Shown: positions 40,684 to 49,089, counted from the first letter of the stretch. The stretch is 64,000 nucleotides of DNA from Candidatus Cloacimonadales bacterium (GCA_965140615.1 OZ223280.1:1075555-1139554); one strand, 5' to 3'. The notes: generated from the letters alone by a model not told the origin. Made by a program: numbers and translations.

Positions 40684-41243
40684 CTCTTTTCCCCGAAAAA
40701 GTAGGTAGCTCCCGAGGCGATGGTGATGAGTACTGTAATCCAGATGCTGGTGATGGCGAAGGTGTCTAGAGCGAAAGCAACGGAAGAGGGCATTGGTAGC
40801 CAATATTTGAGCAAGTGGAAGATGAAAGCGGCGATTACCACTCCGATTTGTGTGCCAGTTTTCAGTTTGCCCCAGTAGTTGGCTGGGATGTAGATGCTTT
40901 TTTTGATGTAGTAACTGCGGAGGATGGTAACTACCAGCTCCCTTGCCAAAACGATAAGCAGTGGGTAAAAACCGATGAGCTGAAACGGAGGGAGAGCCAG
41001 CAGGTAAAAAGCCACGCCGATGAGCCCCTTGTCGGCTATGGGGTCCATTATTTTTCCGAAGTTTGTGATGTTGTATTTGCGGGCAAATTTGCCGTCGTAG
41101 TAGTCGGTGATGGAAGCCACGATGAAGATGATAACGCCGTAGAACACGCCCCACGGCTCGCCCATTTGTGTGCAACACCACCACATAAAGGGGATAAGCA
41201 CGATGCGAGAGATAGTTAGGATATTTGGTAGAAGTTTTTTCAT
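40680..41243 (-). CDS. pgsA: CDP-diacylglycerol--glycerol-3-phosphate 3-phosphatidyltransferase
   Basis: CDP-alcohol phosphatidyltransferase motif DYYDGKFARKYNITNFGKIMDPIADK. Confidence 0.88.
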   Translation of the reverse strand: MKKLLPNILTISRIVLIPFMWWCCTQMGEPWGVFYGVIIFIVASITDYYDGKFARKYNITNFGKIMDPIADKGLIGVAFYLLALPPFQLIGFYPLLIVLARELVVTILRSYYIKKSIYIPANYWGKLKTGTQIGVVIAAFIFHLLKYWLPMPSSVAFALDTFAITSIWITVLITIASGATYFFGEKR

Positions 41244-42199
41244 TGTGCTAGTTTCCTAAATCGTAAGTGGATTAACAGGGATGAGAAGAAGATGGCAGAG
41301 AGTTCAAACAAAGGCAAGTGGATAAAAATTTTGATAATAGATGAGTAGCTGAGCTTGACTTTAAACAAAAGGTTGTATTTGTTGATAAACACGCAGAAGA
41401 CGACGCTGAACAAGATGGGCAAAAGAAAGTAGAGCAGGGAGCTGAGAAACAGGCGAACTTTGCGATGCGACGAGCTTATCCCGAGTTTTTTGTAGACTGT
41501 CCAGCGGTGATGATTGTACCAGATGGTGGATTTCCGCATATTGTAGAGCAAGATTATCAAGAAAAAAGCTAAGCAAATGTTGGCAATCCAGTAGATTTTG
41601 CTGAGTAGCTCTAGCTCTTCTAATTTTTGCTTGATTTCCAAGACAGGACCTTTGAGCAGTGTGCTGGTTTGGTAGTTTTGGAAAAGTTGCAGCTGCTGAG
41701 CAAAAATTTTGCCATCTAGAGTTTGCCCATTGTACTGGATGTTGAGGATGTTGGGCATCTTGCCTAAGCTTTCGTTTAGCAGGTAGTTTTCTTTGAGCTT
41801 GTATTTGTTGAGCAGGTTCTGGGTGAGTTTGACATTGGACGAGATGCTCAGCTGGCTGTAAAGAGGCTCTGTCTCGCGGTTGGCGATGTAAGTTAGCTCT
41901 TTGGAAAGGTAAGCGTATTTTTGCAGGTTAGAGGGCATCGCCTTTTCCCTGCTGATGTCCAGCTCGAGAAGCTCGGATTTGATGAGTTTGAGGGTGTTGA
42001 TGTTCATAGACAAGACTTTGATAGAGCGATTAGAGATTTGCTCGTAATTTTGCTCTAGCACCATACAAAAGAGGAAGCTGAAGCCTGTCCAAAAAAGGAG
42101 GTAGAAAAGGACGATGATTGAGTGTTTAAGGTTGCTGTGTTTCAATTTGTACTCCTTCGGGGCAGAGGGTTCCCTTTTTGATGATGAAGTTTTGCTCAA
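41240..42199 (-). CDS. Membrane protein of unknown function, a possible FtsX-like partner of the upstream ATPase. The start is uncertain.
   Basis: One N-terminal TM helix, a ~150-aa extracytoplasmic segment and three C-terminal TM helices. The 74-nt overlap with the upstream ORF suggests a later or non-ATG start. Confidence 0.5.
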   Translation of the reverse strand: MSKTSSSKREPSAPKEYKLKHSNLKHSIIVLFYLLFWTGFSFLFCMVLEQNYEQISNRSIKVLSMNINTLKLIKSELLELDISREKAMPSNLQKYAYLSKELTYIANRETEPLYSQLSISSNVKLTQNLLNKYKLKENYLLNESLGKMPNILNIQYNGQTLDGKIFAQQLQLFQNYQTSTLLKGPVLEIKQKLEELELLSKIYWIANICLAFFLIILLYNMRKSTIWYNHHRWTVYKKLGISSSHRKVRLFLSSLLYFLLPILFSVVFCVFINKYNLLFKVKLSYSSIIKIFIHLPLFELSAIFFSSLLIHLRFRKLAQ

Positions 42200-42749
42200 A
42201 TCCGAAAAGCTTGCGACCAGAGCTGACTATCACAGTAGAGCCTTCTTGTGCAGCAAAAGATAAGATGCTTCCGGCTTTTATCAGGTTGAGGTCGTCGAAA
42301 TATTTGTCGAAGTCGTCGATTAAGATTAAAAAAGGGTTTATCGCCGTGGCTCTGATGATCTCTACTAACTTTTTGTGCGAGTAGCAAAGGGTGGAGGTTT
42401 TGTTGTTTAGTTGGTGGTCTAGGTTTACCTTTTCCACTAGAGTTTTGAGCAAGTTTTTTTTGGTAGCCGTGGGTTTATTCACGCCTACGCAGAGGTTATC
42501 CCAGAGCGTTTTCTCGTCGAAGAGGTTGTTTTGACAATCTATCAACACAGAGCGGACTCGTTTCTCTTTGCCAGTTTCTAGCTCCAGACATTTGCCTGAG
42601 TGGATGTTTTCCAAAAAGACGCTTTTGCCAGTGTTGTTTGGTCCTAGCACCAAATATTTGCCTTGTCTTTCTAGGGTTATTTGGGGGACACTCAAGACGA
42701 CTTTGTCTTTCTTTTTTAGCTCTAGTTCTTTTATTTTCATCATATACAT
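42126..42749 (-). CDS. ABC-type ATPase-like protein with degenerate signature motifs
   Basis: Walker A LGPNNTGKS and Walker B FLILIDDFD. CYSHKK sits where LSGGQ is expected. Confidence 0.6.
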   Translation of the reverse strand: MYMMKIKELELKKKDKVVLSVPQITLERQGKYLVLGPNNTGKSVFLENIHSGKCLELETGKEKRVRSVLIDCQNNLFDEKTLWDNLCVGVNKPTATKKNLLKTLVEKVNLDHQLNNKTSTLCYSHKKLVEIIRATAINPFLILIDDFDKYFDDLNLIKAGSILSFAAQEGSTVIVSSGRKLFGFEQNFIIKKGTLCPEGVQIETQQP

Positions 42750-42774
42750 TACTCTTTTCTAGTCTCTTATTTCG

Positions 42775-43173
42775 TCAATATTTTTTTCCTTTTTCGAGTG
42801 AGAAGCTTTGTGGTAGGAGTTCGCCAAGTGTGGTAGAAATAGACTTTTGCTCATTACCGTAGATGATGGGCATACTAGGTGGGCAGAACTCGCTAAGTAC
42901 CTGACGACACGCACCGCAAGGCGGGAAGAGCTGTTGGCTCTGCACGAATACAGCCAGAGCTACAAACTCTCTTTCTCCTTGACCGATGGCAGAAAAGATT
43001 GCCGAGCGTTCGGCACAGATGCTCAAGCCGTAAGAGGCGTTCTCCACATTCACGCCTGTGTAGAGCTTGCCCGATTTGCCCAGCAGTGCAGCACCCAGCT
43101 GGTAGCCCGAGTAGCGTGCGTAGGCGTTTTGGCTGGCAGTTTTGGCTTTTTGTAATAGGTTTTCTAGGTTCAT
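42775..43173 (-). CDS. cdd: Cytidine deaminase
   Basis: CAERSAIF and PCGACRQVL zinc motifs. 132 aa. Confidence 0.9.
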   Translation of the reverse strand: MNLENLLQKAKTASQNAYARYSGYQLGAALLGKSGKLYTGVNVENASYGLSICAERSAIFSAIGQGEREFVALAVFVQSQQLFPPCGACRQVLSEFCPPSMPIIYGNEQKSISTTLGELLPQSFSLEKGKKY

Positions 43174-44351
43174 ATCTTCTTCCTTATTATCCCGTGAGGG
43201 GGAATTTTTTTGTCCAAGGGCAAGCTGATGATGCTGTTAGGGTCGGTCTTGCTGATGGGGGCGTTTTTCTGATTTTTGATGGAGTGAACGCTGTAGCTGA
43301 AATCTTGCTCGATGGTGGGGAAGATGAACTCGATGGTGTCGCCTAGCTCGAACTTGGCTTTGATGGCGATTTTCACGAAGCCTGCTTGCTGTTCTACGAC
43401 TGTCCCCAAAAATTGATACTGGCGGATATATGCCGAGGATTGTGGGTTTTGCTCGCCGAGCGAGTCGGGGGCGATGAAGCCGCTGCTGTATGCACGGTGG
43501 CTTGTCTTGGTCAGTTCGCTTTTGAGCTGCTGGAGGTTGTTATCGCCTAGTAGTGCTTGCTTGTAGGCTCTGGTGGTGTTGGCGACATAGTACAGGCTTT
43601 TCATTCGTCCTTCTATCTTTACGCTCTCTATGCCTGCTGTTTGCAGTTGGTCGAGGTAGTCGATTAGGCATAGGTCTTTGGAGTTGAGGATGTAAGAGCC
43701 GTAGTCGTCTTCTTGTAGCTGAAACCATTGTCCTTGATGTTTCTGCTCGCTGATGGCAAATCCCCAGCGACACACCTGTGTGCAGAGTCCTTGGTTGGCA
43801 CTGCGTTGATTGATGAAGGAAGAGAGCAGACATCGCCCTGAGTAGGCGATGCACATTGCCCCGTGCACAAACACCTCTAGCTCCAGAGCGGGGAGCTTTT
43901 GCTTTATCTGGGCGATCTCCTCTAGGTGTAGCTCGCGTGCCAACACTATGCGGGTAGCTCCTTGCTCGTACCAAAACTTGGCACTTTGGTAGTTGGTGAT
44001 GTTGGCTTGTGTGGAGATGTGAATGGGGATAGCGGGCACTAGCTGGCGACAGAGGCTAAAGACGCCCGGGTCGGAGACTATTACGCCGTCTGGCTGGAGT
44101 TCACCCAAGAATTGCAGGAACTTGCTTAGCTTTTGCAGGTCTTGGTTGTGGGCGAAGATGTTGAGGGTGATGTAGAGTTTTTTGCCCTGAGCGTGGCAGA
44201 GGGCTTTGGCTTGGCAGATTTCCTCGTTGGTTAGGTTGCCAGCTTTTGCTCGCAGGCTGAAGCTCTTGCCGGCACAGTACACCGCATCTGCTCCGTAGTG
44301 GAGGGCGTATTGCAGTTTTGCCAGACTGCCAGCGGGGGATAATATTTCCAT
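43170..44351 (-). CDS. Peptidase U32 family protein
   Basis: N-terminus LSPAGSLAKLQYALHYGADAVY and ...E.FVHGAMC.... 393 aa. Confidence 0.85.
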   Translation of the reverse strand: MEILSPAGSLAKLQYALHYGADAVYCAGKSFSLRAKAGNLTNEEICQAKALCHAQGKKLYITLNIFAHNQDLQKLSKFLQFLGELQPDGVIVSDPGVFSLCRQLVPAIPIHISTQANITNYQSAKFWYEQGATRIVLARELHLEEIAQIKQKLPALELEVFVHGAMCIAYSGRCLLSSFINQRSANQGLCTQVCRWGFAISEQKHQGQWFQLQEDDYGSYILNSKDLCLIDYLDQLQTAGIESVKIEGRMKSLYYVANTTRAYKQALLGDNNLQQLKSELTKTSHRAYSSGFIAPDSLGEQNPQSSAYIRQYQFLGTVVEQQAGFVKIAIKAKFELGDTIEFIFPTIEQDFSYSVHSIKNQKNAPISKTDPNSIISLPLDKKIPPHGIIRKKI

Positions 44352-44467
44352 AAGGTGGAAGCCTCCATAAAAAAGATTTATTTACCTTTCTTTTGGATTT
44401 GACGCAAAGAGTAAAGGCAAAACAAAAAATTCTTTAATTATTTTTGGGGTTTATATCAAATTTGAGA

Positions 44468-44849
44468 GGTGAGTCGCTTACAGCGGGTTTTTGTCTTTTC
44501 TTGGGATGCTTACGCTGGTGTTTTGTTTGTGGTTTGTTCTCCTGCGGAGGGCTTACTCTTTTCGGGCGTCCGAAAAGAGTAACAGAAAAGTACGCTCCGC
44601 TCCAAGTCGCGAGAGGGCTGGCGAGGTTTTCAAGAGTTCCTCTGGTGAAGAGACCTCCTGTATTCTTGCCTTGGGTGAGTTGTTTGCTTATGGCTAAGCT
44701 CTAGCGTCTATCACAAAGCTGTTTAAGCTCTCGCTTTGCCCGTGGAGCGGAGAGTGTCCCCGCCCTGCCTAGCAAGTGAGACCGCCACTACCTCCGCCCA
44801 GTGTGTGCTGACCAGCTGTGCGAAGCACACGCTTAGAGCGGTGTGTGGG
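44468..44849. repeat. Noncoding repeat family A, copy 1 (full length, including the 111-nt tail module)
   Basis: About 96% identical by hand alignment to 50649-50929. The tail 44739-44849 matches 51500-51610. A 13-bp perfect hairpin lies at 44553-44582. Confidence 0.85.
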
Positions 44850-44893
44850 AGAGGTTGGGCTAAAGAAAAAACTTTAAGCGAGTAGCGTAAAAA

Positions 44894-45079
44894 TTCCTTA
44901 CGCCGAGTTGAGCTACGCTGACAACGAAGTGCTATATCACCGTTAAAAACGAATGAGTGTGATTCATAGCACGAGGCTGAAAGCGTGCGAGACAAGGCTT
45001 AGGAATTTCGCTAATTGCTTAGGTTTTTTGGGGTTTTTCTTTGGCTTTACCTTTCTTTTTGTCTAGTCAAAAAGAAAGG
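44894..45079. repeat. Repeat family C, copy 1 (diverged, ends in a 12-bp pyrimidine/purine hairpin)
   Basis: ttccttacgccgagttgagctacgctgacaacga... aligns with 51151-51330 at roughly 70-75%. Hairpin cctttctttttg/caaaaagaaagg at 45050-45079. Confidence 0.65.
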
Positions 45080-45161
45080 TAATAAGTCTAAGCAGTGTGC
45101 GGAAGAATAGATTGAGATGGTTGGTGTCTTGCCCTTGTTCCCAAGTTTTATTTGGGGTTGC

Positions 45162-45236
45162 ATATGGAATAAAGCGTATAGTTAATTTATAACGCGTATA
45201 CACTTCCAAGCTGGAGCTTGGGAGCGAGAACCGCCC
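45162..45236. repeat. Repeat family B, copy 1 (~75 nt, with palindrome ccaagct-gg-agcttgg)
   Basis: atatggaataaagcgtatagttaatttataacgcgtatacacttccaagctggagcttgggagcgaga recurs at 51077-51148 and 51373-51447. Confidence 0.85.
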
Positions 45237-45241
45237 CTAGC

Positions 45242-45380
45242 CCCAACGCCAATGGTGAGTCGCTTACAGCGGGTTTTTGTCTTTTCTTGGGATGCTTACG
45301 CTGGTGTTTTGTTTGCGGTTTGCTATCCTGCTCTTTTCGGAGTGCTTCGCTTATAATTTGCTCTGCTAACGCAGGGTTTT
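45242..45380. repeat. Repeat family A, copy 2 (5' part only, rearranged)
   Basis: ccccaacgccaatggtgagtcgcttacagcgggtttttgtcttttcttgggatgcttacgctggtg matches copy 1. It then switches to the ctcttttcgg(a/g)gtgcttcgcttata...ctgctaacgcagg module, also seen at 50590-50635. Confidence 0.75.
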
Positions 45381-45602
45381 CTTTTTCTTTTTGACAGACC
45401 AAAAAGAAAGAGAAGGAAAGAAAAAGTCAAAATCATAAGCCTCAATTCTAACTTGCAAAACTACCTTCGCAGTGGCTGTTGTGCATCATTTAATTTTTTT
45501 TTTAGAAGCCTAAAGCAAGAGACCTAAACTCCTCACACAGCCTCTAGCTCAGTCGTTTGAGCAAGTTTACGAATTTCGGCTTGAATGATTTGCTAGCCAC
45601 AT

Positions 45603-45944
45603 CCCCAACGCCAATAGCGAGTCGCTTATAGCGGGTTTTCTTTTTCTTTGGACGCTTACGCTGGTGCTTTGCTTGTGGTTTGCTCTCCTGCGGAGGGCTT
45701 ACTCTTTTCGGGCGTCCAAAAAGAGTAACAGAAAAGTACGCTCCGCTCCAAGTCGCGAGAGGGCTGGCGAGGTTTTTAAGAGTTCCTCTGGTGAAGAGAC
45801 CTCCTGTATTCTTGCTTTGGGTGAGTTGTGTGCTTATTGCTAAGCTCTAGCGTTTGCGGTAGGGCTGTTTAAGCTCTAGCTTTGCCCGTGGAGCGGAGGG
45901 TGTCCCCACCTTGCCTAGCAAGTAAGACCCTCCGTCAGGAGACC
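45603..45944. repeat. Repeat family A, copy 3
   Basis: Collinear with copy 1 from ccccaacgccaat to ...cctagcaagtaagac. The hairpin at 45699-45728 has one mismatch. It ends in gtaagaccctccgtcaggagacc, also seen at 51329-51352. Confidence 0.85.
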
Positions 45945-45981
45945 AATCCAAGGAGAAAGGGGGCTGGCGGGCTACGCCCAC

Positions 45982-46010
45982 AAAAAAAGCCATCGCCAAA
46001 AGGCGATGGC
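45982..46010 (-). terminator. Intrinsic terminator of the lipoprotein gene
   Basis: gccatcgcc/ggcgatggc stem with an aaaa loop. On the minus strand it is followed by TTTTTTT. Confidence 0.8.
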
Positions 46011-46033
46011 TTTCATTCGTAGCCTAAGAGCTA

Positions 46034-47878
46034 TTACTTGAATTTTGGTTTCTCATCGTTTGTCCAAGAAGATAAAGTTTCATTGTCAAAACCCCAATGA
46101 TCAACAACTCTGCTCACATCCCAGTCGCCGATATCTTGGTTGAATGCCTTTGCACTAGAGAACATATTCCCCATATCTGTAACACTACTGACATCCCAGC
46201 TACCGATGTCTTGGTTAAATGCGTATGTACTAGAGAACATACCTTTCATATTCGTAACGCTACTGACGACCCAATCGCCGATATCTTGGTTGAAAGCATC
46301 TGCATGCATGAACATATATCCCATATCTGTAACGCTACTGACGACCCATTCATTGATATCTTGATTGAAAACCTCTGCATGATTGAACATATCTCTCATA
46401 TTTGTAACACTGCTCACATCCCAATCTCCGATATCTTGGTTGAATGTGACTGCATAATAGAACATCTGCTCCATATTCTTTACCTTACTCACATCCCAGC
46501 CACTAATATCTTGGTTGAAGTTTTGTACAACAGAACAATTATTAAAACTCTCCCCTAGATAATCGGCTACCGACTTCATTAAGTATGACATGTCGGTAAT
46601 GCCCGAGGTGTTGACTTGGGTTACATCTTTGCCCTCGGCGATCATTTGCACCAGTTCTGCTCTGGTTATGCGGGCTTTGGGGGTGAAGCTCCAGACTTCG
46701 CTGGCTACAGTAGTGCCGTACTCCGTGCTGGCTACTACCTGCCAGTAATAGGTGGTAGACTCTAGTCCAGAGAGTTTGTAGCTGGTGGCAGTCAGAGTCT
46801 CCGATTTGTTAGTTAGATTGCTAGCGTCTGTTCCCCAGTACACGGTGTAGCTCTTGGCGTTCTCTCCGCTCCAACTGAGGGTTGGGTTGCTGGGTTGCTG
46901 AGTAGCACCATTTGCTGGGTTACTCAGAGTTACTGTCGGTGCGTCGTCGTTTACGAAGCTCCAGATTTCGCTTTTACCCGTCTCGCCGTTTTCTTTGGTG
47001 CCAGTTACTTGCCAGTAGTACTTCACGCCTACTCCTGCGATACTAATCTCTTTTCTAGTGCTAGTTAAGTCGTTTTGTTCAAAATTGGGATTATCTTTAT
47101 CGTCCGACCACAGTTTTAAACTATACTTTTGGGCTTCTCCGCTCCATTTCAGAACGATAGTGTTTTCTTTCCCTATGGCAGAGTTGTTTTTTGGTTCGGT
47201 TAGCTCTACAATGTCAGAAGCTTTTCCATTGGTAGTAAACTGTTGTGTTAAGCTTTTTGCACTCACCTCTTTTTTAATGGCTACAACTTGCCAGTAGTAA
47301 GTAGTGCCGTAGTTTAGGTCGTCTAATGCATAGCTTTTGTCAGTGATACCTTCGACTTGCTTTACCAAATTTGTCTTGGCAGAGTCTGTGTGTAGATAAA
47401 TGTTGTAAACATCAGCATTGCCACTCCAAACAAGGGTTACTTTGACTTTTTCTTCTGCCGTCTCTTCTCCGTGAACTATTTCGTTATTTGTAGGCGAGGT
47501 GAGACTCACTACAGGTCCGTCTTTGGTGGTGAAGCTCCAGACTTCGCTGGTTTTCGAGGAGGTTTCGTTTTTGGCTTCCACTTTCCAGTAATATTTGGTT
47601 TCATAAATCAAGTCTTTTGGTGCATAGCTGGTTTGTGCTATGCCGTTTTTTACTTTTTTGAGGTTATCGGCAGATGTTCCCACATATACATCGTAGATTA
47701 GTCCATTGCTATTCCAAGATAGCTCCAGATCGATCTCCTGAGCGGTGGCTTCGTTAGCTGGAGTACTTAGAGCCGCAGACAAATCTTGATTGTCGCCAGA
47801 GCCAGTGGACGACGAACACGCCACCAAGAAAAATACCCCCCAAACAACGCTTAGTAAGAGAAAAACACGCTTTTTCAT
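46034..47878 (-). CDS. Surface lipoprotein with four FN3-like ~90-aa repeats and a C-terminal array of ~26-aa BspA/DUF285-type repeats
   Basis: Start at MKKRVFLLLSVVWGVFFLVAC (lipobox LVAC). The pattern W-S-G...Y-x-V/I-Y...T-x-YYWQV...S-E-V/I-W-S-F occurs four times. FNQDIG(D/S)WDVSSVT(N/D)M..MF occurs about six times. Confidence 0.85.
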   Translation of the reverse strand: MKKRVFLLLSVVWGVFFLVACSSSTGSGDNQDLSAALSTPANEATAQEIDLELSWNSNGLIYDVYVGTSADNLKKVKNGIAQTSYAPKDLIYETKYYWKVEAKNETSSKTSEVWSFTTKDGPVVSLTSPTNNEIVHGEETAEEKVKVTLVWSGNADVYNIYLHTDSAKTNLVKQVEGITDKSYALDDLNYGTTYYWQVVAIKKEVSAKSLTQQFTTNGKASDIVELTEPKNNSAIGKENTIVLKWSGEAQKYSLKLWSDDKDNPNFEQNDLTSTRKEISIAGVGVKYYWQVTGTKENGETGKSEIWSFVNDDAPTVTLSNPANGATQQPSNPTLSWSGENAKSYTVYWGTDASNLTNKSETLTATSYKLSGLESTTYYWQVVASTEYGTTVASEVWSFTPKARITRAELVQMIAEGKDVTQVNTSGITDMSYLMKSVADYLGESFNNCSVVQNFNQDISGWDVSKVKNMEQMFYYAVTFNQDIGDWDVSSVTNMRDMFNHAEVFNQDINEWVVSSVTDMGYMFMHADAFNQDIGDWVVSSVTNMKGMFSSTYAFNQDIGSWDVSSVTDMGNMFSSAKAFNQDIGDWDVSRVVDHWGFDNETLSSWTNDEKPKFK

Positions 47879-47934
47879 AATAACATCCTTAAAGATTTTA
47901 AATATCCAAGGTGTGAGAGCAAAATGACCACCTA

Positions 47935-49089
47935 TTATTTTTTGTGTGTAGCAACAACTGAAAACATTCGAACCATCCATCTGTTAAAAAATTTGTCAAG
48001 GGGAAAATAGTTTTTGGTGGGCGGTACACAGTAAAAGTATCCACCCTTATTTATTTTTTCTATATCTTTTAAATAATAATCTGTGATTATTGGGCTAATG
48101 TTCAAAACATTAAAATTGGGCTTCCTAGAATTTTCCCGCAAAATTTGCTTCGGAGTCTTACCTTTTCGCCCTCTGTTTCCTCTAAAATGATTAAAATACA
48201 GCGTATAACTGTGTGCTTTACGCACAAAATCGTTGCAATCATCAAATTCATCAATCAGATAAAACTCGTCCTCTACCAGCCGATGAGCACTTTCAACATC
48301 AGAATTAAAAGTGGGCGAACCTTTGGGGATAAGCGAATGATTAGCACCATTTATTTGCACACTTTTTTGAAAAAAGCTCAAACCCTTTTTCTTGGGACTC
48401 ACAAACTCTGAGCCATTGTCGGTTTGAAAAGTAACTTTGGAAAGATCAACACCACAACTCTTTAATCTTTTAGACAAAAAATCGATATAAATCCCTGCAT
48501 TTACGGCTGTTTTCTCATAGCAATAACCGATGAATTGCATACCAGTTTTGTAGTCTCTAGCAGTGATTTGATAGCGAGGATAATTTTTGTACTTAATCCC
48601 CTCAAACAATTCTGGCATATCGGTCAAATACTTAATATCCACTTGGATTTTTTCAAAAGGTTTTGCCCTAGCTCGCATTTCACTTAAATCTTTGCGTTGC
48701 TGATATTTCCGTTTCTTTTTCTTTACCAAACCAGCATCACAGAGCTTTTTATGAACAGTCGAAGCTGAACAATTTAACTGCAAATGGTCAATAATTCGCC
48801 TAGCTCCCCAGCGATTTTTTGCCTTTTTGCGACAAACTACTATTTCCTCTATTATCTCAGATTTTAAGCGATTTGGGAAATTTTGCTTTTTTCGAGATTT
48901 ATTAACCAGACCATCCTCGCCCTTTTCTTTATAGGCTTTGACCCACTTTCGCACAGTTTTTCTAGTGGTCTCAAATTCTCTAGCTGCAGCGGAAATAGAT
49001 GTTTCATTTGCAAATTTCACCAAATTTTTCCGATAAAATTTCTTGTCTTTTCTACTCATAATTTTCAAATTGTCTATATATTTATTCAT
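47935..49089 (-). CDS. DDE transposase of IS copy A. The ORF has no stop inside the element and ends in flanking DNA.
   Basis: N-terminal HTH (ETSISAAAREFETTRKTVRKWVKAYKE) and a DDE triad context (QVDIKYL, TFQTDNGSEF, DVESAHRLVEDEF). The start is uncertain, either ATG 49089 or TTG 49098. Confidence 0.85.
   Translation of the reverse strand: MNKYIDNLKIMSRKDKKFYRKNLVKFANETSISAAAREFETTRKTVRKWVKAYKEKGEDGLVNKSRKKQNFPNRLKSEIIEEIVVCRKKAKNRWGARRIIDHLQLNCSASTVHKKLCDAGLVKKKKRKYQQRKDLSEMRARAKPFEKIQVDIKYLTDMPELFEGIKYKNYPRYQITARDYKTGMQFIGYCYEKTAVNAGIYIDFLSKRLKSCGVDLSKVTFQTDNGSEFVSPKKKGLSFFQKSVQINGANHSLIPKGSPTFNSDVESAHRLVEDEFYLIDEFDDCNDFVRKAHSYTLYFNHFRGNRGRKGKTPKQILRENSRKPNFNVLNISPIITDYYLKDIEKINKGGYFYCVPPTKNYFPLDKFFNRWMVRMFSVVATHKK

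Noticed and set aside
39505-41184. Over-extended N-termini in the ORF track. Examples are deoB to 41184, ilvD to 29214, yhhQ to 19780, nuoE-like to 21018, lipoprotein to 47980, Ig-like lipoprotein from 51604, coaX from 6221, btuF-like from 62047 and fecCD from 62775.
   Set aside because: In every case the extension runs through the neighbouring gene or a repeat. An internal start gives the expected family N-terminus, a signal peptide or lipobox, and an RBS or start/stop overlap. The features use the trimmed coordinates.
44444-44704. ORFs inside the repeat families (44444-44704, 44491-44697, 44723-44995, 45187-45402, 50662-50847, 50866-51066)
   Set aside because: The translations are Cys/Arg/Leu/Phe-rich with no motifs. 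Start codons and frames are not preserved between otherwise near-identical copies, because indels shift them. None has a Shine-Dalgarno sequence. They are most simply noncoding.
44352-46033. Possibility that the repeat-rich noncoding DNA is a CRISPR array
   Set aside because: The repeats are 75-380 nt long, irregularly spaced and mosaic. There is no 25-40-nt unit recurring with constant-length unique spacers, and no cas genes are in the window.
48145-48411. Plus-strand ORFs inside the IS copies (48145-48411, 48883-49182, 49380-49646, 50118-50417)
   Set aside because: They lie antisense to the transposase gene, have low-complexity translations, and have no start signals. They are duplicated only because the IS is duplicated.
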